From: an uncultured Planctomycetota bacterium
GTDB taxonomy: Bacteria > Planctomycetota > PLA2 > JAEUHO01
Assembly (NCBI GenBank): GCA_963752285.1
Contig: CAVVXN010000005.1
Location: 480,001 to 544,000 of the forward strand
Direction: 5' to 3'
Length of the DNA stretch: 64,000 bases
Position 1 is the first letter of the stretch. Every line of letters begins with the position of its first letter. Below the pieces are notes generated by a model. It saw only the letters and a program-made list of their open reading frames with translations, did no database searches and was not told the origin of the DNA. A program made the position numbers and the translations under genes. Of this stretch, positions 1 to 10,018 are shown in pieces.

Positions 1-2615
1 ACGAGGACCATCGCCTCCCCCTCGTGGCGACCGACCTCTGGGTCCGGGTCGGCGCGGCGGACGAGCCGCCGGGCCGCTCCGGTTTCGCGCACCTCTTCGA
101 GCACCTGATGTTCATGGGCACGGAGCGCGTGCCCCACGGTCGCTTCGACGAGATCATGGAGGAGGGCGGCGCCTCCAACAACGCCGACACCGACTTCGAC
201 CGCACCGAGTTCCACGCGCTCGGACCCGCGCGCATGCTGCCGACGCTCCTGTGGCTCGAGGCCGAGCGGCTCGACGCCCTCGGCCGCTCCATGACGCAGG
301 AGAAGCTCGACCTGCAGCGCGACGTCGTGAACAACGAACGGCGCGAATCGTACGAGGCGTCTCCGGACGGCGAGCTCTGGTTGCAGCTCTACCCGCGCAT
401 GTTCCCCCGCGGGCATCCGTACCACGACCCCGTGATCGGCTCGCCCCGCGACCTCGCGCGGGCGACCGTGGAGGACGTGCGCGAGTTCTTCGAGTCGTAC
501 TACGTCCCGAACGACATGTCGCTCGTGGTGGCCGGCGACTTCGACCCGACCGTCGTACGACGTCTGGTCGGCGATCTCTTCGGGGGCCTCCGCTGCGGTC
601 TCGACCTCCCGCGTCCCTCGGCGCCGCCCGCGCGCCTCGACGCCCCCGCGCGGATCGTCCTCCGGCGCGACGTCGAGGCCGCGCGCCTCCTCCTCGCGTG
701 GCACGCGCCCGCCCAGTACGCCCCGGGCGACGCCGAGATGGACCTCCTGGCGGACATCCTCGCGGGTGGGGACGAGAGCCGCCTCGTCCGGCGGCTGGTG
801 CACCAGGATGCCGTCGCCACCGACGTCTCGGCCTGGCAGGAGAGCTTGCGGCTCGGTTCCCTCTTCTGCGTGCTCGTGACCGCGCCCGCGGACGCCGACC
901 GGGGCGCGATCGAACGGGCGGTCGGCGAGGTGCTGGCCGACGTCCGCGAGAAGGGCGTCACGGACGCGGAGGTCCGGCGTTCGGCCTCCAAGATCCAGAC
1001 GGGCGACGTCGCCGACCTGCAGTCGCTCGTGGACGTCGCGGGCCGCCTGAACGACTACGAGACCGCGTTCGGCACGCCGGACGGCCTCGCGCGCGACCTG
1101 CGGCGGTACGCCGACGCGAGCCCGGCGACGGTGGACGACCACGCCCGTCGGGTCCTGGGCGCGCCGGGCCTCACGATGTGGCTCGTCCCCTCGGGCGGCG
1201 AGGGCCATCTCGACACGCGCCCCGAAGACCTCCCCCCCCGGCCCGCGCCGACGCCCGTACCCACGACGTTTCGCCTCGCGAACGGGCTCACGGTGTGGTT
1301 CCTCCCGCGGCACGACGTGCCGCTCGTCTCCGCGCGCCTCCTCCTGCCCGGCGGCGGGTCGCTCGACGGTCCGACCGAGAGCGGCGAGACCGCGCTCGCA
1401 TCCGGTCTGAGCCTCGAGGGGGCCGGACCCCTCGACGCGCCGACCTTCGCGGAGAAGGTCGCCGAGGCCGGCACGCGCATCGACGTCAGCACCGACCGCG
1501 AGGCGACCACGTACTCGTTCGTGGCCCTGCGCGCGCACGCCGACGACGCCATGGGCCTCCTCGCGCTCGCCGTCACGAGCCCCCGGCTCGAGGAGGGCAC
1601 GTTCCAGCGCCTGAAGGAGCGCCGTCTCGAGGGCCTCGCCGAGGACGCCGAGGACCCCGACGCCCTCGCCCAGCGCGTGGCGTGGGACGCGTACCTCGCG
1701 CCGCGCGTCCCCGCGCTCGCCCGTGCGGCGGACGGCACCCCGGCGTCGGTCGGCCGGCTGGACGTCGCCACCGTGGCGGGCGCGTGGCGCCGCGGGGCGC
1801 GGCCCGACGGCGCGGTGCTCCTCGTCGCGGGCGACCTCCAGCCCGACGAGGCCCGCGCGCTCGCCGAACGGGCCTTCGGCGGGTGGACGGCGCCGGCCGG
1901 CGACGCGTCGCCGCCGGCGCCCGCCGCGGTAGCGCCCGCGGGCGCGGCGACCGCGGGGGCGGCGTCGCCCGGCGCGGGCATCGTCCGGGTCGTCTTCGTG
2001 GACCGGCCCGGCGCCACCCAGACGACGATCCGCCTGCTCCTTCCGGCGCCGGCCTGGGGCGATCCGGACCGTCAGGGGTTCCGGGCGCTCGGGCTGGCGC
2101 TCGGCGGCGTGTTCTCGAGCCGGCTCAACGCGAGCCTGAGGGAGTCGCACGGCTGGACGTACGGCGCCTACGCGAACGTCGTCCCCGAGGGGCCGATCGG
2201 GGTGCTCGACGTGGGCACGTCGGTCGAGACCTCGGTCACGGGCCCCGCGCTGGCCCAGACGCTCGCCGAGATCCGGCGCCTCGCGAAGGGCGACCTGACG
2301 GCGGAGGAGGCGTCGAAGGCGATCCGCACGCTCTCCCAGCTCACCGTCGAGTCGCTCGCCACGCTCGGCGAGACGCTCGGCCTCTTCGAGCCCTTCGCGA
2401 GGCACCGAAGCCCGCCCGAGGCCCTCCTCGCCGAGGCGCGGGACACCGCGAAGCTCGACGCCGACGTCCTGAACGCGCTGGCGCGCAAGCGGCTGACGCT
2501 GGACGGCGGCGTGCTCGTCCTCGTCGGAGATCGCTCCGCGTGGGGCGAGCCCCTGAAGGACCTCGGCCTTCCCGAGCCCCGCGTGCTCACGCCGGAGGAG
2601 GCGCTCTCGCACTGA
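1..2615 (+). CDS. M16 (pitrilysin-family) zinc peptidase, two fused halves; 5'-truncated by window edge
   Basis: HLFEH (HxxEH) zinc motif, 'DVVNNERRE', 'YYVPND', second half begins 'FRLANGLTV'; frame is open to the window start (EDHRLPLV...). Confidence 0.9.
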   Translation, partial: EDHRLPLVATDLWVRVGAADEPPGRSGFAHLFEHLMFMGTERVPHGRFDEIMEEGGASNNADTDFDRTEFHALGPARMLPTLLWLEAERLDALGRSMTQEKLDLQRDVVNNERRESYEASPDGELWLQLYPRMFPRGHPYHDPVIGSPRDLARATVEDVREFFESYYVPNDMSLVVAGDFDPTVVRRLVGDLFGGLRCGLDLPRPSAPPARLDAPARIVLRRDVEAARLLLAWHAPAQYAPGDAEMDLLADILAGGDESRLVRRLVHQDAVATDVSAWQESLRLGSLFCVLVTAPADADRGAIERAVGEVLADVREKGVTDAEVRRSASKIQTGDVADLQSLVDVAGRLNDYETAFGTPDGLARDLRRYADASPATVDDHARRVLGAPGLTMWLVPSGGEGHLDTRPEDLPPRPAPTPVPTTFRLANGLTVWFLPRHDVPLVSARLLLPGGGSLDGPTESGETALASGLSLEGAGPLDAPTFAEKVAEAGTRIDVSTDREATTYSFVALRAHADDAMGLLALAVTSPRLEEGTFQRLKERRLEGLAEDAEDPDALAQRVAWDAYLAPRVPALARAADGTPASVGRLDVATVAGAWRRGARPDGAVLLVAGDLQPDEARALAERAFGGWTAPAGDASPPAPAAVAPAGAATAGAASPGAGIVRVVFVDRPGATQTTIRLLLPAPAWGDPDRQGFRALGLALGGVFSSRLNASLRESHGWTYGAYANVVPEGPIGVLDVGTSVETSVTGPALAQTLAEIRRLAKGDLTAEEASKAIRTLSQLTVESLATLGETLGLFEPFARHRSPPEALLAEARDTAKLDADVLNALARKRLTLDGGVLVLVGDRSAWGEPLKDLGLPEPRVLTPEEALSH

Positions 2616-2659
2616 TCCGGTCGCCTGTGCTGGCTCGCGCCCGCGCCGGGCCGCGTCGG

Positions 2660-3709
2660 TCACAGCGCCTCGCTCAGGACCGCGATCGACCCGCCCCAGC
2701 CCGCGCCCTGGAGCCGCGCGCCGAACACCTCGGGCTCCTCCATGAGCTCCGCCACCCGGAGGTCGATGGCGGGGAGCGACGACTCGAAGTCTTTCGAGAG
2801 ACTTTCGTGGCCCTCGCGCATGAGACGACCGACCATTGGCGCGTCGCCGGCCGCGAGGGCCTCGACGGCGCGACGCACGCGCGCCACCTCGGTCACGACG
2901 TGGCGCGCCCGTCGGCGGAGCGGATCGGGGAGGGCGGGCTCGATCTCCGCGAACGCCTCGGGGGCGAGGTCCACGAGCGCGCGCACGTCGGGGCGCAGGC
3001 GCCGCACGTGCCGGAGCGCCTCGGCGAGCTCCGATCGGCGCTCGTTGTACGGCGTACGGTCGAGCCGGCGCCGGATGCCCGTGGACTCCGGCTCGAGCAC
3101 CACGCCCTTCGGCAGCGCGAGGGTCTCGTGCACGAGCTGGCGCGTGTCGAGGTGCACCACGAGGTCCGGGGTGCCGACCATCCCGACGTACGGGTCGAGC
3201 GGCCCGCACGCGACCCCGCCCCAGTCGCGCTCGATCGCGGCGACGTCGCGCGCGACGACGGCCGGGTCCTCCGGCCGGTCGGTCGCGCGGAGCACCGCAA
3301 GGACGAGCGCCGTGACGTACGCCGCGGACGAGGCGAGCCCCTGGTGGGGAGGGAGGTCGCCGTACGCGACGAGGTTCAGGCCGGGGAGGCGCCACCCGCC
3401 CTCCTGGAGGCGCGCGAACACGCCGCGCGCGAGGTCGGCCCAGTGCCGGCCCGAGCGCACGAGTCGTTCGAGCTCGAACACGTCCGACGCGCGGGCGTTC
3501 AGGGCGTGGAGCATCACGCGCCGGTCGGGCCGTATGCCGTACGCCACGTGGACGCCCTCGGGCAGGGCGACGGCGAGTACGGGGCCGCCCTGGTGGTCGA
3601 GGTGCTCGCCGAGGAGGACGAGCCTCCCCCGGGCGAACGCGACGCCCGACGGGGCCCCCCCGACCCGGGCGGCGTAGTAGAGCTCGGCGCGGGTGCTCGC
3701 CGACGGCAC
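2660..3709 (-). CDS. galK: Galactokinase-like GHMP kinase
   Basis: 'GRLVLLGEHLDH', 'PPHQGLASSAA', 'YNERRSE', 'HVVTEVARV', 'GARLQGAGWGG'; start placed at GTG 3709 (uncertain). Confidence 0.75.
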   Translation of the reverse strand: MPSASTRAELYYAARVGGAPSGVAFARGRLVLLGEHLDHQGGPVLAVALPEGVHVAYGIRPDRRVMLHALNARASDVFELERLVRSGRHWADLARGVFARLQEGGWRLPGLNLVAYGDLPPHQGLASSAAYVTALVLAVLRATDRPEDPAVVARDVAAIERDWGGVACGPLDPYVGMVGTPDLVVHLDTRQLVHETLALPKGVVLEPESTGIRRRLDRTPYNERRSELAEALRHVRRLRPDVRALVDLAPEAFAEIEPALPDPLRRRARHVVTEVARVRRAVEALAAGDAPMVGRLMREGHESLSKDFESSLPAIDLRVAELMEEPEVFGARLQGAGWGGSIAVLSEAL

Positions 3710-4061
3710 GAGGCAGGTCTCCGCCAGAGGGTGGCCGCACAGGGTAGCGGACGACGGGCGGAAACGGACGGCCTCCCGTGTCGGATGCCCGCCCGGACGA
3801 GCCGTGAAGCACGCGCCGTGTTCGACGGAAGTCTCGATGCAAGGCCGAGTTGCGATTGCGAGAACATCACGCCTCCGTCTACGGGGTGTCCTGCGCGCGC
3901 CGGGGCCCCGAGGACGGGACGGTGTGCAAAGGTGGCGCCTCCGAGTCCGTTCCCGTGATGGGGGGGCGCCGACGACGCGAAACGCCGTCATCGGGGTCCT
4001 GGCGTGCACAGGGCCGCGTGATTTACGACGGTTCATGGCTGATCCGGGCTAGGTTCGGGCC

Positions 4062-4697
4062 ATGGACCCGTCCTCGCCGCGACTCGACAAGGTGATCCTC
4101 CCGGAGTCCAGCGAATGGACCGCCGAGGGGATCGGCGCCGGGCGCCTCGGCGACCTCGCTGGGCACGTGAAGGGCCTCCTCGAGTGCGTGGGGGAGGACC
4201 CGGCCCGCGAGGGCCTTCGGCTCACGCCCGAGCGCGTCGCGCGGAGCCTCGCCTTCCTCACCCGGGGCTACCGCCAGGACCCCGAGGAGATGCTGAAGGA
4301 CGCCGTCTACACGAGCGACACCGACGAGATGGTGGTCGTCAAGGACATCGAGCTCTACAGCCTCTGCGAGCACCATATGCTGCCCTTCTTCGGGCGCGCG
4401 CACGTGGCCTACCTGCCGCGGAAGCACATCGTCGGGCTGTCGAAGCTCGCGCGCGTCGTGGACGTCTACGCGAGCCGTCTCCAGGTCCAGGAACGCCTGA
4501 CCACCCAGATCGCCGAGGCCGTGCAACGCGCCCTGGAGCCGCGGGGCGTCGGCGTGCTGATCGAGGCGCAGCACCTCTGCATGATGATGCGCGGCGTGGC
4601 GAAGCAGAACAGCAGCACGGTGACGTCGTGCATGCTCGGCGGCTTCCGGAGCGACCCGAAGACGCGCACCGAGCTCCTGGACATCATCCGGCGCTGA
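4062..4697 (+). CDS. folE: GTP cyclohydrolase I
   Basis: '[12 protein letters not shown]', '[10 protein letters not shown]', 'GLSKL', 'QVQERLT', 'HLCMMMRG'. Confidence 0.96.
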   Translation: MDPSSPRLDKVILPESSEWTAEGIGAGRLGDLAGHVKGLLECVGEDPAREGLRLTPERVARSLAFLTRGYRQDPEEMLKDAVYTSDTDEMVVVKDIELYSLCEHHMLPFFGRAHVAYLPRKHIVGLSKLARVVDVYASRLQVQERLTTQIAEAVQRALEPRGVGVLIEAQHLCMMMRGVAKQNSSTVTSCMLGGFRSDPKTRTELLDIIRR

Positions 4698-4758
4698 GCG
4701 GCGCACGGGCCGTACGGCGTCGGACGGGTCCCCGGGGGTGCGACGCGGGGCGCGCGGA

Positions 4759-5181
4759 TCAGCGCAGCGGCGTCGGGACCCCGCGCGGCAGGGGGCGGCG
4801 GTCCGCGAACCCCTGCGACGCGGAGTGCCACCACAGCACCTCGGCCTCGCCGGGCCGCCAGCAGAGGAACGCCGGCTCGCCGTTCACGATCGTCGGGAAG
4901 TCCACGAGACCCGTCTCGAGGTCCCGGAGCTCCACGCCGAGCTCGTCGAGCTCCCGCAGGTACCGCTCCACGCGCGAGGACGCGGCCTGCACGTGGTCGC
5001 GCAGCGTCGCGAGGCGTTCCTCCGCCCCGCCGCTCACCACGGTCTCGGCCTCGAGGGCGCGCTGCTCGCGGCCGGCCGCGCGGAGCGAGTGGAACTCCTC
5101 CACGACGTCCCGCACGATCGAGCGCACGAGGGGAAGCGTGCGATTCGCGGTGTCCGTCTCGTAGAGCGTCCGCTGACCCAT
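4759..5181 (-). CDS. DUF2203-family protein
   Basis: 'ANRTLPLVRSIVRD', 'GVELRDLETGLVDFP', 'LCWRPGE', 'WWH...GFADRRPL'; GGGAGG upstream of ATG 5181. Confidence 0.85.
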   Translation of the reverse strand: MGQRTLYETDTANRTLPLVRSIVRDVVEEFHSLRAAGREQRALEAETVVSGGAEERLATLRDHVQAASSRVERYLRELDELGVELRDLETGLVDFPTIVNGEPAFLCWRPGEAEVLWWHSASQGFADRRPLPRGVPTPLR

Positions 5182-5340
5182 CCGACGGCCCTCCCGGCGG
5201 CGGCCCGCCACCTGAAGAGGTAATCGGGCAAACGCCCCGCCGGGCTGAGCCCCGATCCGTGACCTCGCCCCGGGCCGCACCGGCGGTCGATTCTCCGCGC
5301 GGCTCCGACAGGCCCGCGCGCGGTCCACGCCGGCGGGCGC

Positions 5341-6174
5341 TCAGGCGGCCTCGATCGACACCTCGACCTCGTCCATGACGATTTCCCGCAACATCTCGCG
5401 GGCGACGGCCTGTGCACCGCGCGGGCTGAGGCCCGCCCCGGGCTGGGACGTGCGGACGTGCAGGACGACGCCCCGATCCGTCATCCCCACGTCACGAAGG
5501 GGGATGCGGTGCGCGGCGAGGAAGGGTCCCACCCGCGCCCACGCGATGCGTGCGAGGGGCGCCATGTCGCGCGGGGGCGGCGGCCAGGGCGCGCCCGCCT
5601 CCTCGTGGAGGAGGAGCAGGAGGTCGGAGCGACACGAGCGGCAGCCCGTGCACGCGCCGCACGCCTCGCCGATCTCCTCGGGCGTCCGGGCCCCCTGGTG
5701 GATGGCGCGACGGATCTGGCGGTCGCCGACCGTGAGGCAGCGGCACACGAGGATCCCCTCCGACGGGTCGGCGGGTCGGCAGCCCGGGAGGCCGAGCGCA
5801 CAGCGCAGCGCCTCGACGGCGAAGACGGCGCCTCGGTGGACGGCGTGGGGCAGTCGCGCCGCGCACGGACCGGCGAGCCCGTCGAGCAGGTCCTCCGGCG
5901 TGATGGCCGCCGCGGCCTCCGGCGTCATGCCGACGAGGTAGCCCGAGAGGTACGACGCCGCGGGCAGCGCGGCGGGGCTCCCGAACGCGCGGGCCGCCGC
6001 GTCGCGGATCACCGCGTCGCCCTCCGGGCCCGGGCGCCAGCGGAGGGTCACGCGAACGCCGAGGCCGCTGACCATGCTGCCGCGCTGGCCGGTGGCCTCG
6101 GGCGCAGGCAGATCGTCCTGGCCGCGCGGATCGGCGAGGTGCTCGACGTAGAGGTCGGGGAGAGGATGGATCAC
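5341..6174 (-). CDS. NifU-like protein (IscU-like + BFD-like [2Fe-2S] + Nfu-like domains), scaffold Cys lost
   Basis: 'HLADPRG..GSMVSG..AFGSPAA' follows IscU spacing; 'VCRCLTV...ACTGCRSC' is a BFD-like motif; Nfu-like C-terminus; start uncertain. Confidence 0.7.
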   Translation of the reverse strand: MIHPLPDLYVEHLADPRGQDDLPAPEATGQRGSMVSGLGVRVTLRWRPGPEGDAVIRDAAARAFGSPAALPAASYLSGYLVGMTPEAAAAITPEDLLDGLAGPCAARLPHAVHRGAVFAVEALRCALGLPGCRPADPSEGILVCRCLTVGDRQIRRAIHQGARTPEEIGEACGACTGCRSCRSDLLLLLHEEAGAPWPPPPRDMAPLARIAWARVGPFLAAHRIPLRDVGMTDRGVVLHVRTSQPGAGLSPRGAQAVAREMLREIVMDEVEVSIEAA

Positions 6175-6304
6175 GAGGTCGGGACCGACGTCCGGCGGGG
6201 TGACCGAACTGGGCCCGGGAGGAGACGTTCCTCCCCGCCCGGATCGTCCCGAGTCTATTCTCAACGCGGATACGGTCGCATTCCTGCCGGAGGGTCTCTC
6301 GACG

Positions 6305-6508
6305 ATGGACAAGATCTACAAGAAGCTCGAGGTGGTGGGCGTGAGCGAGACTTCCCTATCGGACGCCGTCCAATCCGCGATCCACCACGCGGGCGAGACC
6401 GTCCGGAACATCTCCTGGTTCGAGGTCTGTGAGATGCGCGGCGCGGTCGCCGACGGGAAGATCACGCAGTACCAGGTGACGGTGAAGCTCGGCTTCCGCC
6501 TGGAGTAG
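6305..6508 (+). CDS. Dodecin (flavin-binding)
   Basis: 'YKKLEVVGVS..SDAVQSAI..RNISWFEV..RG..YQVTVKLGFRLE', 67 aa. Confidence 0.93.
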   Translation: MDKIYKKLEVVGVSETSLSDAVQSAIHHAGETVRNISWFEVCEMRGAVADGKITQYQVTVKLGFRLE

Positions 6509-7913
6509 CGCTCCGCGGTTCCAGGACCTTGTCGGGGTTGAGGAGCCCCGCCGGGTCGAGCGCGTCCTTGATGCGCCGCATCCACGCGATCGCGGTGGGA
6601 TCGCGGCAGAGCCGGAGGTACCGGCTCTGCACGCAGCCGACGCCGTGCTCGCCCGTGATCGTGCCGCCGAGGGCGACGACCTCGCGGAACACGTCCTCGG
6701 CCGCCGCGGCGAAGCGCGCGCTCCGTCGCTCGAGGTCCGCGTCGGCCGACAGGAGGTTGACGTGGATGTTGCCGTCGCCGGCGTGCCCGTACGAGACCTC
6801 TTCGACCCCGTGCCGCGCCGCGACCTCGCGCGCGGCGCGGAACACGTCCGGCACGTTCGCCGGAGGAACCGCGACGTCGCACTCCACGTGCGCGGCGCTC
6901 TTCTTGACCGCCTCGCCGAGACAGCGCCGCGCGGCCCACACCTCGGCCTCCTTGGCGGGCGTGTCGGCGAAGAGCACGTCGGCCGCGCCGGCGTCGAGGA
7001 GCGCCGCGCCGACGCGCTCCGCCTCGCGGTCGAGTGCGTCGGGGTCGGCGCCGTCGAGCTCCAGGATCACGTGCGCCTCGGCGCTCGGGAACGGACTCTC
7101 CCTGCCCAGGTGGCGCGCGGCGATCTCGAGGGCGGAACGTCCGACGATCTCGAGGACCGACGGAACGGCGCGCGCGCGGTACACCGCGCCGACGGCCGCG
7201 CCCGCCGCCTCGAGCGTCGCGTAGGGGACGAGCAGGAGCCGTCGGTGGGGCGGCATCGGGATCAGGCGGAGCGTCACCTCCGTCACGACCGCGAGCGTGC
7301 CCTCGCTCCCGACGAGGAGACGCGTGAGGTCGTAGCCGGCCACGTCCTTGCGCAGTCGCCCGCCGGTGCGGAAGACGTCGCCTCGCACGTCCGCCGCCTC
7401 GAGCGCGAGGACCCACTCGCGGGTCACGCCGTACTTGACCGCGTGCGGCCCGCCGGCGTTCTCGGCGACGTTTCCGCCGATCGTGCACGATCCGCGGCTC
7501 GCCGGGTCGGGCGGGTAGTAGAGCCCCCGCGCGGCGACCGCGTCCTGCAGCCGTTCCGTCACGACGCCGGGCTCGACGACGCACGCGAGGTTCGTCTCGT
7601 CGATCTCCGAGATCGAGTCCATCCGGTCCACGGAGAGGAGGACCCCGCCGTGGAGCGCGAGGGCCCCGCCGGACAGGCCCGTGCCGCCGGCGCGGGGCGT
7701 CGTGGGGACGCCGGCCTCGTGGGCGAGGCGCAGCACGGCGGAGACTTCCGCCGTGGTTCGCGGGCGCACGACGACCTCCGGCGGATGGCGGCGGCCCTGC
7801 GTCTCGTCGTGCGCGTACGGTTCGACGCCCGCGCGGTCCACGAGGACGTACGGGCCGCCGACGGCGCCTTCGAGGCGGGAGACGAGCCTGTCGGTGACCG
7901 CGGGGAAGCGCAT
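6462..7913 (-). CDS. FAD-linked oxidase, GlcD/D-lactate dehydrogenase-like
   Basis: 'RAGGTGLSGGA', 'PPDPAS', 'IGGNVAENAGG', 'GSEGTL', 'GHAGDGNIH', 'GEHGVG', 'DPAGLLNPDK'; 3' end overlaps dodecin by 47 bp. Confidence 0.9.
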   Translation of the reverse strand: MRFPAVTDRLVSRLEGAVGGPYVLVDRAGVEPYAHDETQGRRHPPEVVVRPRTTAEVSAVLRLAHEAGVPTTPRAGGTGLSGGALALHGGVLLSVDRMDSISEIDETNLACVVEPGVVTERLQDAVAARGLYYPPDPASRGSCTIGGNVAENAGGPHAVKYGVTREWVLALEAADVRGDVFRTGGRLRKDVAGYDLTRLLVGSEGTLAVVTEVTLRLIPMPPHRRLLLVPYATLEAAGAAVGAVYRARAVPSVLEIVGRSALEIAARHLGRESPFPSAEAHVILELDGADPDALDREAERVGAALLDAGAADVLFADTPAKEAEVWAARRCLGEAVKKSAAHVECDVAVPPANVPDVFRAAREVAARHGVEEVSYGHAGDGNIHVNLLSADADLERRSARFAAAAEDVFREVVALGGTITGEHGVGCVQSRYLRLCRDPTAIAWMRRIKDALDPAGLLNPDKVLEPRSATPGGSRASPSPGTA

Positions 7914-8082
7914 CTCCCGATCTTCGTCGCGACGGAGCCCCCCGCGGGATTCCGGCCGACCGATGGCTCGTCGCGCCGGCGGGCGGGGGTTTCGCGCGCG
8001 GACCGATCGACGTATCCTCCGGCTCGACGCCCGCCGCGCTCACTTCGGGTGCCGGCCCCCGCGACGGGTGGGAGGGAAGTCC

Positions 8083-9942
8083 ATGGGCCGCATCGTGTCC
8101 ACCTTCATCGCACTCGCCGTTCTCGCCACGGCGCTCTTCGTCGGACGCGCGCGCGCCGACACGGACGGGCCCGTGCTCCGCCTCCACCGCGTCGGCGCGC
8201 TGACCCACGGCCGGCCCTCGTACCTGCGGCCGCAGGAGCCGGTTGTCACCCCCGACATGGTCTCGGACGAGGAGCGCCCGCTCTTCGGGGCCGTAGGCGA
8301 GGAGCCCTGGTATCCGCTGGGGACGGTAGACGAGCTGGTCGAGCAGGTGAAGTCGATCGTCGAGCCGAGCTACTGGGAGCGGACGGAGGGCGCGGACATC
8401 GCGACCCAGGGAGAGGACGCGATCCTGGTCCGCGCGTCGCCGCAGATGCAGGACGCCGTCGCGCGCTTCCTCGACGACCAGCTGCGTCGCCTGGGCCGCA
8501 CGGTGACCGTGGACCTGCGCGCCGTCCGGATCGCCCCCGACGCGGCGAGGCAGGTGACGGCGTCGTCGCCCGGCGTGACGCTCCCCGACGACGTCGCCGC
8601 GCGCCTGCTCCACGACGCCGCGCCCGGGCCCTCGTTGTCCCTCACCTGCCTCCCCGGACAGCCCTCCGTGGCCTGGGTCGGTCGCGAGGCGACCTGGATC
8701 TGCGACGCCGACGTCGAGGTGGCCCAGGACGCTTCGACGAGCGATCCCATCGTCTCGACGTCCAACCTCGGTCTGATGGCGCAGATCCGGCCCACGCTCG
8801 AGGACGGAGGGCACAGCGTGCTCCTCGAGCTCGACCTCGCGTGGGCCGACATGGGCGCGCCGCGGGCCCTCGCGACGGCGCGGAACGGAACGCTCGAGGC
8901 GCCGCCGCACCGCGTGGTGACGTGCCGTCCGACGCTCCACGTCCCCGTCGGGCGTTGGGCGGTGGCGGACGCGCGCGCCGAGGGCCCCGACGGTGGGTGG
9001 ATCCTCCTCGCGCGGGCGACGCCGCACCCCTACGAGACCACCGGCGGGCGGCCGGCGGCGATCGACCTCGGGGCCGCGGTCGCGCCGGGGACGGGCGACA
9101 TGGCGTCCCGGTCCTTCGGCGTGGGCGTGCTCACGACGCCCATCTGCGCGCGGCGATCCTGGAGCTGGCGGATGGACCTCGTCCCGTCGCGGTACACGCC
9201 GCCGGAGCCGCCCGAGCTCCCCGAGCCCCTGCCCGCGGTCTCGCTCGACCAGCTCGTCGAGATCGTCCGCGCGGCCACCGGCGAGGCGTGCTGGGAGGAA
9301 CCGGCCTCCCTCGACGCGCGCGGGGACCGGATCATCGCCCGGAACCGGCCGGGCGTGCTCGATCGCGCGGCGGGGATCTTCGACGAGCTGGCCGCGCGCC
9401 TCGCCGAGAACGTCGTCGTCGAGGCCGAGGTCCTGGACGTCTCGCCCGACCTCGCGTCGCGACTCGACGCGCGCGGTGCGCTCGGGCCGCCCGAGGTCCA
9501 GGCGCTCGCCGCCGCGCGCGCCGCGGGGGAGGCGCACACCCTCGCGGCGGTCCGACTGGTCGCGCGGCCTGGCGTCCCGAACGGCGTCGCCTCGGGGGAC
9601 GAGGTCCCGTACCTCGCCGACTACTACGTCGAGATCGCCGAGAAGACGGCGATCGGGAACCCGGTGGTGCTCCACGCGTTCTCGGGCGTGTCGCTCGACG
9701 TGGACGCGGCCCCGAGCCCCGACGGCGGGTCGGTGCTCCTGAACGTCTCGTACGCGCGAAACGAGCTGGCGCGACCCTTCCGGACGCGCGCGACGGAGCA
9801 CGGCGAGATCGAGCTCCCCTCGATGGGCGTCGAGCGGTTTCGGACGTCGGTGGAGGCGCCACTCGGCCGTCCGCTCGTCCTCTCCGCGTGGACCGAGGGC
9901 GAGCGTCACCGGATCCTGGTGCTGACGCCCCGGATCGAGTGA
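8083..9942 (+). CDS. Exported protein with two tandem N3+secretin-like modules
   Basis: Signal peptide ending ARA-D; two internally similar halves of about 280 aa with GspD/secretin-like patterns. Confidence 0.6.
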   Translation: MGRIVSTFIALAVLATALFVGRARADTDGPVLRLHRVGALTHGRPSYLRPQEPVVTPDMVSDEERPLFGAVGEEPWYPLGTVDELVEQVKSIVEPSYWERTEGADIATQGEDAILVRASPQMQDAVARFLDDQLRRLGRTVTVDLRAVRIAPDAARQVTASSPGVTLPDDVAARLLHDAAPGPSLSLTCLPGQPSVAWVGREATWICDADVEVAQDASTSDPIVSTSNLGLMAQIRPTLEDGGHSVLLELDLAWADMGAPRALATARNGTLEAPPHRVVTCRPTLHVPVGRWAVADARAEGPDGGWILLARATPHPYETTGGRPAAIDLGAAVAPGTGDMASRSFGVGVLTTPICARRSWSWRMDLVPSRYTPPEPPELPEPLPAVSLDQLVEIVRAATGEACWEEPASLDARGDRIIARNRPGVLDRAAGIFDELAARLAENVVVEAEVLDVSPDLASRLDARGALGPPEVQALAAARAAGEAHTLAAVRLVARPGVPNGVASGDEVPYLADYYVEIAEKTAIGNPVVLHAFSGVSLDVDAAPSPDGGSVLLNVSYARNELARPFRTRATEHGEIELPSMGVERFRTSVEAPLGRPLVLSAWTEGERHRILVLTPRIE

Positions 9943-10018
9943 GCCGGCGCGCGGACGGCCATCTCCGAGTCCGTGGGGGAATGGGCCGAAGCTCCGGACC
10001 CGATTCCCTCACGGGCTC

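Noticed and set aside
3710..4049. Riboswitch or sigma54 promoter in the galK-folE intergenic region
   Set aside because: No recognisable aptamer consensus, and the GG/GC spacing does not fit -24/-12.
6462..6508. Convergent overlaps (dodecin/oxidase; also AlkA-like/HD at 29552-29585) as antisense regulation
   Set aside because: Short 3' overlaps with low-complexity tails are common in GC-rich genomes.
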